IMG/VR virus record: IMGVR_UViG_3300010158_003181
Length of the DNA: 64,000 nt
Direction: 5' to 3' (one strand)
DNA from: an uncultured virus (IMG/VR IMGVR_UViG_3300010158_003181)
Lineage: Duplodnaviria; Heunggongvirae; Uroviricota; Caudoviricetes
A program made the translations under genes and the position numbers. A model generated the notes under the pieces. The model was not told the origin of the DNA, did not search any database, and saw nothing but the letters and a program-made list of their open reading frames with translations. Of the stretch, positions 8,116 through 17,609 are shown one piece after another. Each line of letters opens with the position of its first letter. The stretch's first letter is position 1.

Positions 8116-9246
8116 TTAAATTTTAATAATAGATTCAGGGCCCATTAATTCTTTAGATCCCTGCATGGTTCGATCTTGATTACGAATTCCCGGTGTACTT
8201 GTATCTTGTACTGGTGCTGCTCCGGGTACTGATTGTGTTGTTGTTGTTGTTGCTGTAGTAACGGGTGGTGCGGGTGGTGCTTCGGGTGGAGATAGTGTAA
8301 GGTCATCTAGCCATTTGACTTTTCTAGTTTCGTTCTTTGTATTAGTTTCTGCTCTAGCATTCTTAAGACCTAGATCCGGTCTACCTGTCATGTACCTAAC
8401 TGTAAGATAGGGTTCGTATATACCAGTAGGAGTAACACCATTATCATACACAGTGTCACCATTTAATTTAAACACACCCGAACCTGCTGGAGCTATAGAA
8501 ACTTTACCTACTAGAACGCAATTAACATTAGAAACTCCAACATCTTGTCCAAAATCTTTTCCAAAAACAATTTTATTTTTAATTTCATTGTTGTTGAGGT
8601 GAAGTCCAAATGATTCTCGTGGACCTAATTCTCCTCCTGTAATTTCTTTTATCTTATCGACCCATGCTTTTATAGTTGGATATGATCCGACTAAATGTGT
8701 AAAACCACCCCACTTTTTAAAATTATCTGCTTTTAGACTGACATATGCAACCGGCTCATTATTTTCATTAACGACCGTCATATCGCTTTTTACCCTTCCA
8801 GGCGTTTTTTCAAATCTTGCTGCATTAACTATTGATCCCTTGCCGACTATTAATTTAATAAAAGGTTGACCTGCTTTTAATTTTTCTAATTCTTCAGATA
8901 ACCCGGCAATTTGAGCTTGTTCTTTTCTTTCTCGAGAGAATGAACCTTCTCCGCCAAACTCTTTTGTTTTTTTAATTTTACCAAATGAAATAAACCTTGG
9001 TGGCTCTTCTATTGTTTTTAATTGGAAATTGGTGTTGTTTTGTTCCAAATTTTGAGCAATTTCGTCGTATTGGGTGGGATCAAATATAACTTTTTCTTCG
9101 CCCGCTGCTGTTTTAATTGTAAAAGGTGTCTGCATTATTATTTTATCTAAGAAAATAGGAACTCTATCTCTGTTAGGATGGTCCTTGTACTTGAACATTT
9201 CCTTATTGGTCAAATATGTTTCTGGTAAAAATTCTCTTGCTCTCAT
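8116..9246 (-). CDS. hypothetical late protein with a restriction-endonuclease-like core
   Basis: KSD...YVSLK...WGG pattern; N-terminal MRAREFLPE; TATAAATA just upstream. Confidence 0.5.
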   Translation of the reverse strand: MRAREFLPETYLTNKEMFKYKDHPNRDRVPIFLDKIIMQTPFTIKTAAGEEKVIFDPTQYDEIAQNLEQNNTNFQLKTIEEPPRFISFGKIKKTKEFGGEGSFSRERKEQAQIAGLSEELEKLKAGQPFIKLIVGKGSIVNAARFEKTPGRVKSDMTVVNENNEPVAYVSLKADNFKKWGGFTHLVGSYPTIKAWVDKIKEITGGELGPRESFGLHLNNNEIKNKIVFGKDFGQDVGVSNVNCVLVGKVSIAPAGSGVFKLNGDTVYDNGVTPTGIYEPYLTVRYMTGRPDLGLKNARAETNTKNETRKVKWLDDLTLSPPEAPPAPPVTTATTTTTQSVPGAAPVQDTSTPGIRNQDRTMQGSKELMGPESIIKI

Positions 9247-9255
9247 AACAAGTAT

Positions 9256-9921
9256 TTATACCACTTCTGGAAACAGAATTTCGCTAACAAATTTTTTCAT
9301 TTTAGATTCTTCTACACCCATAGCAACCATACTTTTAATTACGTGAGGATTCTGCTTTTGATAATGACAATACCGATTCTGTGCCATGTGATAATCTGCT
9401 AGATCTTGCTGTGTGTTTCCCACATGTTTTAGGTAATAATCTAATGTTCTAGTGGCTAATTCGCATAAGTTATCTAATTCTTCACCTATTCTTACATTAC
9501 CTGCGGCAACCATGGCAGGACTGAATATACTACTTGCCCACTCAGGAAGGTTTCTAGGTCGTTGCCAGTTGTAATATAGTGTTTCATTAGCGAACCAATG
9601 CATCATAGGATGACTAGGATCGCCTGCTGAACTATAATCACAGAATGCACCTGTAATTTTGTTTGGACCGCATACAGCATCAAACCCAAAAATAGGACTA
9701 GAGTCGTTGAAATGTGGAAACACCGTACAATGTAGAATGTATATATTGTGACTTTCTCTATTGTCTACAATTTCTATATGTGCTCTACGATATCGAGGAC
9801 TTGCCCAAAGTTGATTATGCCACTCGTAATCTAAATTACCAGTTATCGGTTCACCGGTAGCATTGAATCGATCTTCAAACTTCTTGGCTAATTCTTCAAT
9901 TTTGTCCCAAACTGCTGTCAT
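9256..9921 (-). CDS. pcyX: ferredoxin-dependent bilin reductase (PcyA/PcyX family)
   Basis: YRRAHIE, LHCTVFP, PIFGFD, QNRYCHYQKQNPH; directly downstream of a heme oxygenase. Confidence 0.8.
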   Translation of the reverse strand: MTAVWDKIEELAKKFEDRFNATGEPITGNLDYEWHNQLWASPRYRRAHIEIVDNRESHNIYILHCTVFPHFNDSSPIFGFDAVCGPNKITGAFCDYSSAGDPSHPMMHWFANETLYYNWQRPRNLPEWASSIFSPAMVAAGNVRIGEELDNLCELATRTLDYYLKHVGNTQQDLADYHMAQNRYCHYQKQNPHVIKSMVAMGVEESKMKKFVSEILFPEVV

Positions 9922-10438
9922 ATGATTCCATTATTTTAATTGCCCATTCAAAGGCTATGTTGGCTTCAACAGCCATATCGTCTGAAAGCATAGTACGTAC
10001 AGTTTTAATTAACTCAGCACGATCTTCAAACTCTAAATGTGAGTGAGGTGCTTGCACAATTTTTTTAATCATTTGGCCGCCATGTAGATCTCCCATGTGC
10101 CATGTATAAAGATGTGCCATAATACGTTTAGGATCATCTAACGACCTTATATAACTAGCATAATCTTTAGTTATTGATTTATATGTATTAAAACTTCCTA
10201 TAGGTTTATCCATAGCTTTGTAGTCGTCCATGATTAATCCTGCACGTTCAAACCCCGGTAATGCATCTAACAATCCTGCTTGACGAGCAGCATGTTCGAT
10301 CTCGTTATACCATAGTTGTTTTTGGTAAGTGAAATCTACCCATAAATCAAAAGGCAGGGTTTTTGCAAACACTGCCTTCATAAAAGGGGTATCTTCCGCT
10401 TGTTGATGTTTTTCAGCGGTTAATTCTTTTAAGCTCAT
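9896..10438 (-). CDS. hemO: heme oxygenase
   Basis: LKELTAEKHQQAE proximal His; AHLYTWHMGDLHGGQMIKK; EANIAFE. Confidence 0.9.
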   Translation of the reverse strand: MSLKELTAEKHQQAEDTPFMKAVFAKTLPFDLWVDFTYQKQLWYNEIEHAARQAGLLDALPGFERAGLIMDDYKAMDKPIGSFNTYKSITKDYASYIRSLDDPKRIMAHLYTWHMGDLHGGQMIKKIVQAPHSHLEFEDRAELIKTVRTMLSDDMAVEANIAFEWAIKIMESYDSSLGQN

Positions 10439-10447
10439 AATATTTTC

Positions 10448-10750
10448 TCATTCTGCGGTTATCTTAATTATCAAAGGCCAACCGTGCAGCCTTGCTAAAT
10501 TGGTTCCATCTAATTGTTTTTGCTCTGCAACCTCATGAGTATATGTGCCAACAATTGCACTTTCTTCATTATGAATTTTTAAAGTTAATTCCATTGCTGT
10601 GCTTTCATTATGCCTAAATATTAAAATTAACATTGCAATAACAAATTCCATGGGGGTGGAATTATCATTACAAACAATAACATTAAATTTTCCAGGTTCT
10701 TTTACATTTGTAGTTTTAGACTTTTTTTCAATGATTGTATCAGTGGTCAT
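10448..10750 (-). CDS. clpS: Clp protease adaptor ClpS
   Basis: VIVCNDNSTPMEFV...LKIHNEESAIVGTYTHEVAEQK...PL. Confidence 0.9.
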   Translation of the reverse strand: MTTDTIIEKKSKTTNVKEPGKFNVIVCNDNSTPMEFVIAMLILIFRHNESTAMELTLKIHNEESAIVGTYTHEVAEQKQLDGTNLARLHGWPLIIKITAE

Positions 10751-10790
10751 AATTTTATTTAATTTAGTGGGGGCAAATGCCCCCGGGGGT

Positions 10791-11225
10791 TTACTCAGCT
10801 TTAATTTTTAATACACGAGGTTTTAATGCATCGGGAACAATACGCTTTAATTCAATTGTAAGCACGCCATTCTTAATCTTACCCTCGCCAACTTCCATGT
10901 GTTCAGCTAATGTCCAGCTACGTGTGAAATCGCGGAATGAAAGTCCACGATGTAAAAACTCAGCAGTTATATCATTGCTCTTGTCTCGAACACCCTTAAC
11001 AATGAGTTGATTCTGATCAATCTCAACTGTGACTTCATCCTTAGCAAAACCTGTAACAGCGATTTCAATCTCGTAAGAGGCATCGTCGTGTTTAACAATA
11101 TTGTAAGGTGGGTAATTGTCTTTGAGTTGATTTGCAAAACGATGTTCAAAATCGTCAAACATTGAATCAAATCCTAAGAGTGCTCTGTTTAGAGCGTTGG
11201 TATCAAAACGTACTAATTGTGTCAT
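10791..11225 (-). CDS. small heat-shock protein (Hsp20/IbpA family)
   Basis: NYPPYNI, FLHRGLSFRDFTRSWTL, NGVLTIEL. Confidence 0.95.
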   Translation of the reverse strand: MTQLVRFDTNALNRALLGFDSMFDDFEHRFANQLKDNYPPYNIVKHDDASYEIEIAVTGFAKDEVTVEIDQNQLIVKGVRDKSNDITAEFLHRGLSFRDFTRSWTLAEHMEVGEGKIKNGVLTIELKRIVPDALKPRVLKIKAE

Positions 11226-11299
11226 AATTTTCTCCTTTAAAAGTAAGTGACAACATTGGGCACTATGCCCTAAAGTGGGACCCTTAATAGGTATCCCAC
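11226..11299 (-). promoter_or_regulatory. structured 5' leader of hsp20 (RNA-thermometer-like)
   Basis: GTGGGA/TCCCAC and GGGCA/TGCCC hairpins, then TCACTTAC able to pair with the AAGGAG SD. Confidence 0.55.
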
Positions 11300-11310
11300 G
11301 ATATTATTTA

Positions 11311-13242
11311 TTAAGCAGCCTTTTTAGCTTGCTCAGTTGTTTCTTTAAAATCTACATCAACTATATTATCATCTGCGGGTTTCTCAGACTCGCCAGATGC
11401 GGTTTTTTCTTCCTCTTCTGCTTTAAGTTTTGCAGCAGTAATAGAACCCATGCATTCGTAAAGAGTTGAAATACTTTTTTGTATTGCTTCAACATCGTCC
11501 CCCTTGACAGCATCGTTGATACCTTTGATTGCATCTTCAACCTTGGTCTTTTCTTCAGGTGGAACTTTATCGCCGTATTTTTCAATATCATCTTTAAATC
11601 CGTGAACAGTAGATTCGGCAGTATTTCGAGCATCAACTAACGCACGTTGCGTTTTATCTGCTTCTGCATTGAGTTCAGCATCTTTGATCATATCTTGGAT
11701 TTCCGATTCACTCAAACCACTGTTAGATTTAATGGTGATTTTGTTTTCTTTACCAGTATTTTTATCTTTGGCACTTACGTGCATGATACCATTTGCGTCA
11801 ATATCAAATGTAATTTCAATTTGAGGAATTCCCCGACGTGCAGGTGGAATTCCTTCTAGATTAAATTCACCTAACAATTTGTTATGTTGTACAAACTCGC
11901 GCTCGCCTTGGAATGCTTTGATAGTAACAGCTGGCTGATTGTCGTCAGCAGTTGAAAACGTTTGTGAGGCCTTAGTAGGGATAGTTGTATTCTTTTGAAT
12001 CAACTTGGCCATTACGCCACCCTGTGTTTCAATACCAAGACTCAACGGAGTAACGTCTAGCAATAAAACGTCATTACGTCCACCACCTAGAACATCACCT
12101 TGGATAGCTGCACCTGCGGCCACTGCTTCGTCTGGGTTAACATCTTTACGTGGTGCTTTGCCAAACAATTTTTCAACTGTTTCAACAACTTTGGGCATAC
12201 GTGTCATACCACCAACGAGGATAACTTCATCGATATCACTGGCAGTAACGCCTGCATCTGCCATAGCAGTTTTACAAGGTGCAACACTACGCTGAATTAG
12301 TTCTTCAACAAGTTGTTCTAATTTAGCACGGGTGATCTTAACATTCATATGTTTCGGACCGCTTGCATCTGCTGTGATATAAGGCAAGTTAACATCTGTT
12401 TGTGCAGAACTTGAAAGTTCAATCTTGGCTTTTTCAGCAGCTTCTTTCAAACGCTGAAGCGCCAGCATGTCCTTCTTAAGATCAACGCCCGAGTCTTTCT
12501 TAAATTCATTAACCAAGAAATCCATAATACGTTGGTCAAAGTCTTCACCACCCAAGAACGTATCGCCGTTAGTACTCAGTACTTCAATTTGTTTATCGCC
12601 GTCGATGTGTGCAATTTCAATAATACTAACATCAAATGTACCACCACCCAAGTCGTAAACTGCAATCTTACGATCTCTTTTATCAGTTTTATCAACGCCA
12701 TACGCAAGAGCTGCCGCAGTTGGTTCGTTGATAATACGTAGAACTTCAAGTCCTGCAATTAAACCAGCGTCTTTAGTTGCCTGTCTTTGACTGTCATTAA
12801 AGTATGCAGGAACTGTGATAACTGCTTGTGTAACTTCGTGTCCTAGATAATCCTCTGCTGTCTTTTTCATTTTACGTAGCACTTCTGCACTAATTTGTGG
12901 AGGTGCCAGTTTTTCATTATTCACATCTATCCAAGCATCGCCGTTTTCTGCTTCTACAATTTTGTAGGGCATTAGGTCAATGTCTTTTTGCACAGCTTCT
13001 TCTTTAAATTTACGTCCAATTAGACGTTTAGCTGCATAGATTGTATTTTTTGGATTTGTAACTGCTTGGCGTTTTGCGCTAGCACCTACAAGGATCTCAT
13101 CATTGGCATATGCAACAATACTTGGGGTAGTGCGATTGCCTTCTGAATTTTCTATAATTTTTGTGACGCCATTTTCAATAACTGCCACACAGGAATTTGT
13201 AGTTCCAAGGTCGATACCTATAACATGATTTCTTTTGCTCAT
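11311..13242 (-). CDS. dnaK: molecular chaperone DnaK (Hsp70)
   Basis: [38 protein letters not shown]; full length. Confidence 0.98.
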   Translation of the reverse strand: MSKRNHVIGIDLGTTNSCVAVIENGVTKIIENSEGNRTTPSIVAYANDEILVGASAKRQAVTNPKNTIYAAKRLIGRKFKEEAVQKDIDLMPYKIVEAENGDAWIDVNNEKLAPPQISAEVLRKMKKTAEDYLGHEVTQAVITVPAYFNDSQRQATKDAGLIAGLEVLRIINEPTAAALAYGVDKTDKRDRKIAVYDLGGGTFDVSIIEIAHIDGDKQIEVLSTNGDTFLGGEDFDQRIMDFLVNEFKKDSGVDLKKDMLALQRLKEAAEKAKIELSSSAQTDVNLPYITADASGPKHMNVKITRAKLEQLVEELIQRSVAPCKTAMADAGVTASDIDEVILVGGMTRMPKVVETVEKLFGKAPRKDVNPDEAVAAGAAIQGDVLGGGRNDVLLLDVTPLSLGIETQGGVMAKLIQKNTTIPTKASQTFSTADDNQPAVTIKAFQGEREFVQHNKLLGEFNLEGIPPARRGIPQIEITFDIDANGIMHVSAKDKNTGKENKITIKSNSGLSESEIQDMIKDAELNAEADKTQRALVDARNTAESTVHGFKDDIEKYGDKVPPEEKTKVEDAIKGINDAVKGDDVEAIQKSISTLYECMGSITAAKLKAEEEEKTASGESEKPADDNIVDVDFKETTEQAKKAA

Positions 13243-13303
13243 TAATTTCTCCTTAGTAAGTGAGCGGGCATTGTGCCCATGTAAAAGCCATAAGGTCTTT
13301 TAC
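13243..13303 (-). promoter_or_regulatory. structured 5' leader of dnaK (RNA-thermometer-like)
   Basis: TGTAAAAG/CTTTTACA and GGGCA/TGCCC hairpins, then CTCACTT able to pair with AAGGAG. Confidence 0.55.
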
Positions 13304-13308
13304 AGCTT

Positions 13309-13342
13309 TATTTATTATACCACTATAATAAATAATTGTCAA
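13309..13342 (-). promoter_or_regulatory. composite promoter TTGACA-17-TATAAT overlapping ATAAATA (dnaK)
   Basis: perfect sigma70 consensus; -10 reads TATAATAAATA. Confidence 0.8.
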
Positions 13343-13620
13343 TTGATTGTATCATCAATATGATCTGATGCTCTTGGCACCTGATCAATAAACTTGTCTT
13401 TGTATTCTTTTTTACCTCCTTCTACATCATAGGTAGATTCGGTGTTGGCTATGGCTTTGTATATAGGGTGCAATAGTTTATCCATAATCCTACGTGCCAT
13501 TTCTTCCAATACTCGATCTACATCTTTGCCCTGTGCAATCTGCATCATAGCGTGGCCGTGTTCAAACATGCGGACACGGTTGCTCCACGATTCCATAGAT
13601 TCGTTGGGATTAGGTTTCAC
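13339..13620 (-). CDS. stand-alone glutamyl-tRNA reductase (HemA) dimerisation-domain-like protein
   Basis: QIAQGKDVDRVLEEMARRIMDKLLHP resembles the HemA C-terminal G.D...VL..LA..L.NKLLH.P. Confidence 0.55.
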   Translation of the reverse strand: MKPNPNESMESWSNRVRMFEHGHAMMQIAQGKDVDRVLEEMARRIMDKLLHPIYKAIANTESTYDVEGGKKEYKDKFIDQVPRASDHIDDTIN

Positions 13621-13624
13621 ACGG

Positions 13625-13726
13625 TCACGACCACTTTAAAATAAACATTGTAGCATCTCTAGGGTCTTTGAACAACCACTGTCCTTTCGACAACTTATAT
13701 TCATCTTTGAAATACAATTTCTTATC
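13625..13726 (-). pseudogene. startless remnant of an F-I-L-K-W family small gene
   Basis: DKKLYFKDEYKLSKGQWLFKDPRDATMFILKWS* preceded by stop codons, no ATG. Confidence 0.5.
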
Positions 13727-13729
13727 TTA

Positions 13730-13984
13730 CTATACCCATTTTAAAATAAAATTAACAGCATCTTTTTTAGATTTAAAAATAAAATCTCTACCATTGCGCT
13801 CATAATTTTTAACATTTTCTTCTAGCCAATAAGTTATGTCTATTGCATGTTTATTATCTTGAAATCTTGATATACTAACACAAGTCCAGCCTTGGGCTTT
13901 AAGCATATTCCACATAACGTCTTGATCAATTGCTTCTTGCATTTCTTTAGCAATCTTAGTTAGTATTTGATCTTGTAAATTCAT
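13730..13984 (-). CDS. small hypothetical protein (FILKW family)
   Basis: ends FIFKSKKDAVNFILKWV. Confidence 0.7.
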   Translation of the reverse strand: MNLQDQILTKIAKEMQEAIDQDVMWNMLKAQGWTCVSISRFQDNKHAIDITYWLEENVKNYERNGRDFIFKSKKDAVNFILKWV

Positions 13985-14286
13985 GACCATTTCAAAATAA
14001 ACATAGTACGATCACGTTCATCACGGAACCAATACTTTTGATCACTACCAACCCAACGAGCGTTTTCTGTAAACCAATTACAATTGCCCATTGTTTCTAT
14101 TAACCAATTGGTCATCTCTTGAAATTCTGTCGTAGAGTAGTAGTAAGGTCGAACCCAATAGGGCCATTTAAGTTGAGTATCGGCATATCCAGTTTCGAGG
14201 TATTTCGCATTTGTATAATAATAGACATCGTACGAAGAATCTATTAACATGTCTCTTGAGGCGGACAAGGCACGTTTCTTAAGCAT
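13981..14286 (-). CDS. small hypothetical protein (FILKW family)
   Basis: ends YWFRDERDRTMFILKWS; start chosen at the overlap with the upstream stop. Confidence 0.65.
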   Translation of the reverse strand: MLKKRALSASRDMLIDSSYDVYYYTNAKYLETGYADTQLKWPYWVRPYYYSTTEFQEMTNWLIETMGNCNWFTENARWVGSDQKYWFRDERDRTMFILKWS

Positions 14287-14536
14287 TGAACATCTTACCA
14301 ACATGTTCCACTGCGAGTCTGTCGTCTGGAACAATTTGAGCATTCCACATGATTGCCATGACCAATGCATCCTTGTTGCTTTCAAAGATGAAATCCATAT
14401 ATATCTCGTTGGCATGGGCAAAAAACTTTCCGCCAGGCAAACCAAATCGTTCGATTGCCCAAGCACAGACGTTGCCCCACCAGACGCCCTTATCTGTTTC
14501 AATGGTCCAAGGTATTCTTACAGTGCTAGACATCAT
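14279..14536 (-). CDS. small hypothetical protein (FILKW-related)
   Basis: MDFIFESNKDALVMAIMW; chained overlaps with neighbours. Confidence 0.65.
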   Translation of the reverse strand: MMSSTVRIPWTIETDKGVWWGNVCAWAIERFGLPGGKFFAHANEIYMDFIFESNKDALVMAIMWNAQIVPDDRLAVEHVGKMFNA

Positions 14537-14646
14537 GCCTCCACAATTCTATACTGAGAGTTTGGATAATTTTCCTGCAACCATTCCAACATACCTTCCT
14601 CACAGGGCAGTCGAATAGAATCAAATTTGTTAGTAATGTATCTCAT
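14533..14646 (-). CDS. small hypothetical protein (37 aa)
   Basis: AAGGA RBS; ATGA overlap with the next gene. Confidence 0.55.
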   Translation of the reverse strand: MRYITNKFDSIRLPCEEGMLEWLQENYPNSQYRIVEA

Positions 14647-14653
14647 TTTATCC

Positions 14654-15049
14654 TTAATATAAATGTGGTTCTACTGTGTGTTCATCTTTTAGAATCAACA
14701 TGACTTCTTCTTTGCTGGTATAGATCAACCGGTGTTCTTCCAAAATACTTCTACGTTGCTCTTCATCACAGCTGGACCAAAACAAAATCTGTTTATGACT
14801 GCCACGTGCTACTTCTGGTACTGTGCTGTCAATCCAACCCACTAAGGCCTTGAACGCAGGAACAGTATTGCCAGGATGGCTACGTCGGATTGCTTTGGCA
14901 AAGTCGTTGCACAGGATTGCCTCAAAACAGCCGCCTGGTCTAAAACCCCAGACTAGATAGTTGTAAAACGGTTCAGCAAACTCCTCGGGCACATCCCAAC
15001 GTTTAAAGGTTTGCAAGAGTTTGTTTCTACTGTGGACTGTTAGTTTCAT
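14654..15049 (-). CDS. hypothetical protein
   Basis: 131-aa ORF in an overlapped operon. Confidence 0.7.
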   Translation of the reverse strand: MKLTVHSRNKLLQTFKRWDVPEEFAEPFYNYLVWGFRPGGCFEAILCNDFAKAIRRSHPGNTVPAFKALVGWIDSTVPEVARGSHKQILFWSSCDEEQRRSILEEHRLIYTSKEEVMLILKDEHTVEPHLY

Positions 15050-15300
15050 TCTTCAACTCCAAAATGTTTGCTAATACCATGCCCTGCTTCCAACGAAGCC
15101 ATATCCCACGTGTGTCCAAGCCGCTGTCTTACTTCATCTTCTTCGTACGGACAAGGGGTTGCTCGTGCAATGCGGGCGCATTCTTTCACAATCAACTCGG
15201 CGAACTTTTCTTTGTCAAAGATCCATCCTTCGCCACTGTTGGATGTTGGTTCAATACGAGTAGTAGCCTGTTCAGCAAGTTGTCTAATTCGTTCGTTCAT
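15046..15300 (-). CDS. small hypothetical protein (MNERI...KHFGVE family)
   Basis: paralog of the next gene. Confidence 0.75.
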   Translation of the reverse strand: MNERIRQLAEQATTRIEPTSNSGEGWIFDKEKFAELIVKECARIARATPCPYEEDEVRQRLGHTWDMASLEAGHGISKHFGVEE

Positions 15301-15506
15301 AGCTCAACTCCAAAATGTTTCATAAGAGCCTGATATCCGTTTGGACTAGCAGTTGCTTTACCAACAACATCAATACATTCTTTAATAATCAACTCGGCAG
15401 TACGATTTTGAATTTCTTTGATTTTATCGTAGCCCAACGCCACCCAAGTCTCGGGCACTATCTCATCTAGCACCTGTCCTGTGATTTGTTTAATTCGTTC
15501 GTTCAT
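15297..15506 (-). CDS. small hypothetical protein (MNERI...KHFGVE family)
   Basis: MNERIKQ...ELIIKEC...KHFGVEL. Confidence 0.75.
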   Translation of the reverse strand: MNERIKQITGQVLDEIVPETWVALGYDKIKEIQNRTAELIIKECIDVVGKATASPNGYQALMKHFGVEL

Positions 15507-15507
15507 A

Positions 15508-16335
15508 TCATACCTCAATTGTAAAGTTTGGATCAAAACCATTACCGGATTCCCATGGAATATATCCTCTGGGATTACTTATTACTCTTGTCGTTCCTAT
15601 ATTGTAACTTACTGGGTCATGCATGTGACCGTGAAGAAAGTATTTTATATTAGGAAAATCTAAAATAAACTCACTCATGTCACTAGCATAGGCACCATTA
15701 CTAGTAGTCTCATGTTTATACTTTTCATGTATACTCATGTAGCTAGGAGCCATATGTGTAATAATCACAAAAGGTTTATCTCTGTTCATTTCCAACACAG
15801 ACTTAAAATACTGTTTGGTCTTACGATGAATAGCCACAGTATGTTCCGGTGTCAATTTATGATAGAGACTTTTAGCAGGATAGAAGTTTTGAATAACCTT
15901 GTAGTCATTTATAAAACTTCTCATGGAATGAAGGGTAATAGGATCACCCTTGTTCATGTCGGTCCATAATGTAGCACCCATGAACATGACACCTTCATAC
16001 TCTACTACTTCATCTTCCAGAATGGTCACGTTGGGGGGCATCAAGGATTTTAAATCATTATAAGTTTTATCCAATCTATGATTATAGAATTCGTGATTTC
16101 CTAGCACATAGAACACTTTCTTATATTTGGCACATTCGTGATAAAAGAAATCATAGGCATTCAATCCACCGGGAGTATAAGGAACTACGCGGGTGCTGTG
16201 AAAGTCCTTTTTGAGAGTTCGGTATTCACAGATATCTCCGGCTAATATCAATAAATCTCCTCCGGGAAGTGATTGGTATCCAAATTCAAGGTGAATATCG
16301 GAAACAAGGGATGCGTTAATTTTAGTGTTTATCAT
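15508..16335 (-). CDS. calcineurin-like metallophosphoesterase
   Basis: SDIHLE, AGDI, GNHEFY, THMAP, HGHMH, NPRGY. Confidence 0.9.
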   Translation of the reverse strand: MINTKINASLVSDIHLEFGYQSLPGGDLLILAGDICEYRTLKKDFHSTRVVPYTPGGLNAYDFFYHECAKYKKVFYVLGNHEFYNHRLDKTYNDLKSLMPPNVTILEDEVVEYEGVMFMGATLWTDMNKGDPITLHSMRSFINDYKVIQNFYPAKSLYHKLTPEHTVAIHRKTKQYFKSVLEMNRDKPFVIITHMAPSYMSIHEKYKHETTSNGAYASDMSEFILDFPNIKYFLHGHMHDPVSYNIGTTRVISNPRGYIPWESGNGFDPNFTIEV

Positions 16336-16685
16336 GTTATCTTTACCTTATATGTTTCTGCTCTATCACTATATAATTGATGACCCCGCTGTCTAATTAA
16401 GTCTGCTGTTTCTTGCGGGCATTCATTCCATTGTTTCCACCAAAATGTTTCATCCATCTCTTTGGTGCAATCAATGGCATAGATTTCATAATGCCTGTGT
16501 GTATTAAATCTAGCCCGCAATAACAAACTTCGAACAATATTGTCAAGAGGGTTTGGTATAGTTGTTTCGTCTTTTAGTAAACGCATTGTATTATCTCTGT
16601 CAACATGTTCATACTGAGAGATGGGTATAATTGCTTCGATACCTAACCGATCCCAACTAAATATAAATGCATTTTGCGTTGACAT
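16332..16685 (-). CDS. hypothetical protein
   Basis: ATG 6 nt downstream of a perfect -10 box. Confidence 0.7.
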   Translation of the reverse strand: MSTQNAFIFSWDRLGIEAIIPISQYEHVDRDNTMRLLKDETTIPNPLDNIVRSLLLRARFNTHRHYEIYAIDCTKEMDETFWWKQWNECPQETADLIRQRGHQLYSDRAETYKVKIT

Positions 16686-16691
16686 GTTAAT

Positions 16692-16720
16692 ATTATACAC
16701 TCAACTAATAATTTTGTCAA
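16692..16720 (-). promoter_or_regulatory. sigma70-type promoter TTGACA-17-TATAAT
   Basis: perfect consensus. Confidence 0.8.
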
Positions 16721-16759
16721 GTGATTCTGTCTCACTAACTACTAAAAAGGAACTGTTAC

Positions 16760-17182
16760 ATGATAGCAAAAATTAAAAAAACACTTTGGTTTGCCGCAGG
16801 GATATTATTCTTAGGTATAGCCTATATTGGTGTAATTGTTCCGGGCATCCCATGGTCTACCCCCAGTTTAATTGCCACCTATTGCTTTGCTCGTAGTAGT
16901 AAACGGTTTCATGACTACATGATAAATCATAAATTATTTGGACCTTTTATCCGAGATTGGCAAGAAGGTAGCGTATTTCCAACCAAAGGTAAATGGTTTA
17001 TGTTTATTAGTATGGATGTTAGCCTTGTATTATTTTATCTAGCAACTCAAAATTGGAAAGCCACCATGGGTATGGGTATATTCTTTGCACTGATCATACT
17101 CTGGGCAAGTCGTTTGCCGGGTAGTAGGGAAGAAGCCGAACGCAGAAAAGAATCCGGCCAAAAATTGGGTTGGTTCAAATAA
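16760..17182 (+). CDS. YbaN/DUF454 family inner-membrane protein
   Basis: IGVIVPGIPWSTP...CFARSSKRFHDYM.NHKLFGPFIRDW. Confidence 0.85.
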   Translation: MIAKIKKTLWFAAGILFLGIAYIGVIVPGIPWSTPSLIATYCFARSSKRFHDYMINHKLFGPFIRDWQEGSVFPTKGKWFMFISMDVSLVLFYLATQNWKATMGMGIFFALIILWASRLPGSREEAERRKESGQKLGWFK

Positions 17183-17213
17183 TGCTGATTACAATATAAT
17201 TAAAAAATGTAGA

Positions 17214-17609
17214 TTACTTTGTCAAACTTGCTAGACGCTTATATTCTCTAGCAGTAGGATGCACATGATCCTTACTTAACTCTGCAATAGATATAGACTT
17301 ATCTTCAAACTTATCTGCAACAATACTCACGGCTTCGGCGGCTGTTTTATTGTTAGCGGGTAATATCCAAACTACGTGTTTAGAACCAATTACTTGTCGT
17401 AGTGCAAACAATTCTTTAAGAGTTTTGATGTTCTTAGAATCATTTGCACCCAAACTGACTACAACCGTATTAGCATTTAGATCACCTGCAATATGCTGAT
17501 CAACAAACTTGCGACTTGTAATACCTACAGTAGCATAGGCAATGCACTCCGGACGGTGTTGTGCTATACCAACTGCGATACTATCTCCTAAGATTAGGCA
17601 CCCTAACAT
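17214..17609 (-). CDS. SGNH/GDSL hydrolase-like protein
   Basis: GDSIA, SLGAND, DHVHP blocks. Confidence 0.8.
   Translation of the reverse strand: MLGCLILGDSIAVGIAQHRPECIAYATVGITSRKFVDQHIAGDLNANTVVVSLGANDSKNIKTLKELFALRQVIGSKHVVWILPANNKTAAEAVSIVADKFEDKSISIAELSKDHVHPTAREYKRLASLTK

Noticed and set aside
10769..10790. GGGGGCA/TGCCCCC hairpin after hsp20 as a terminator
   Set aside because: The stem is real but has no adjacent U tract on the coding strand; it may be a stability hairpin, so it was not called.
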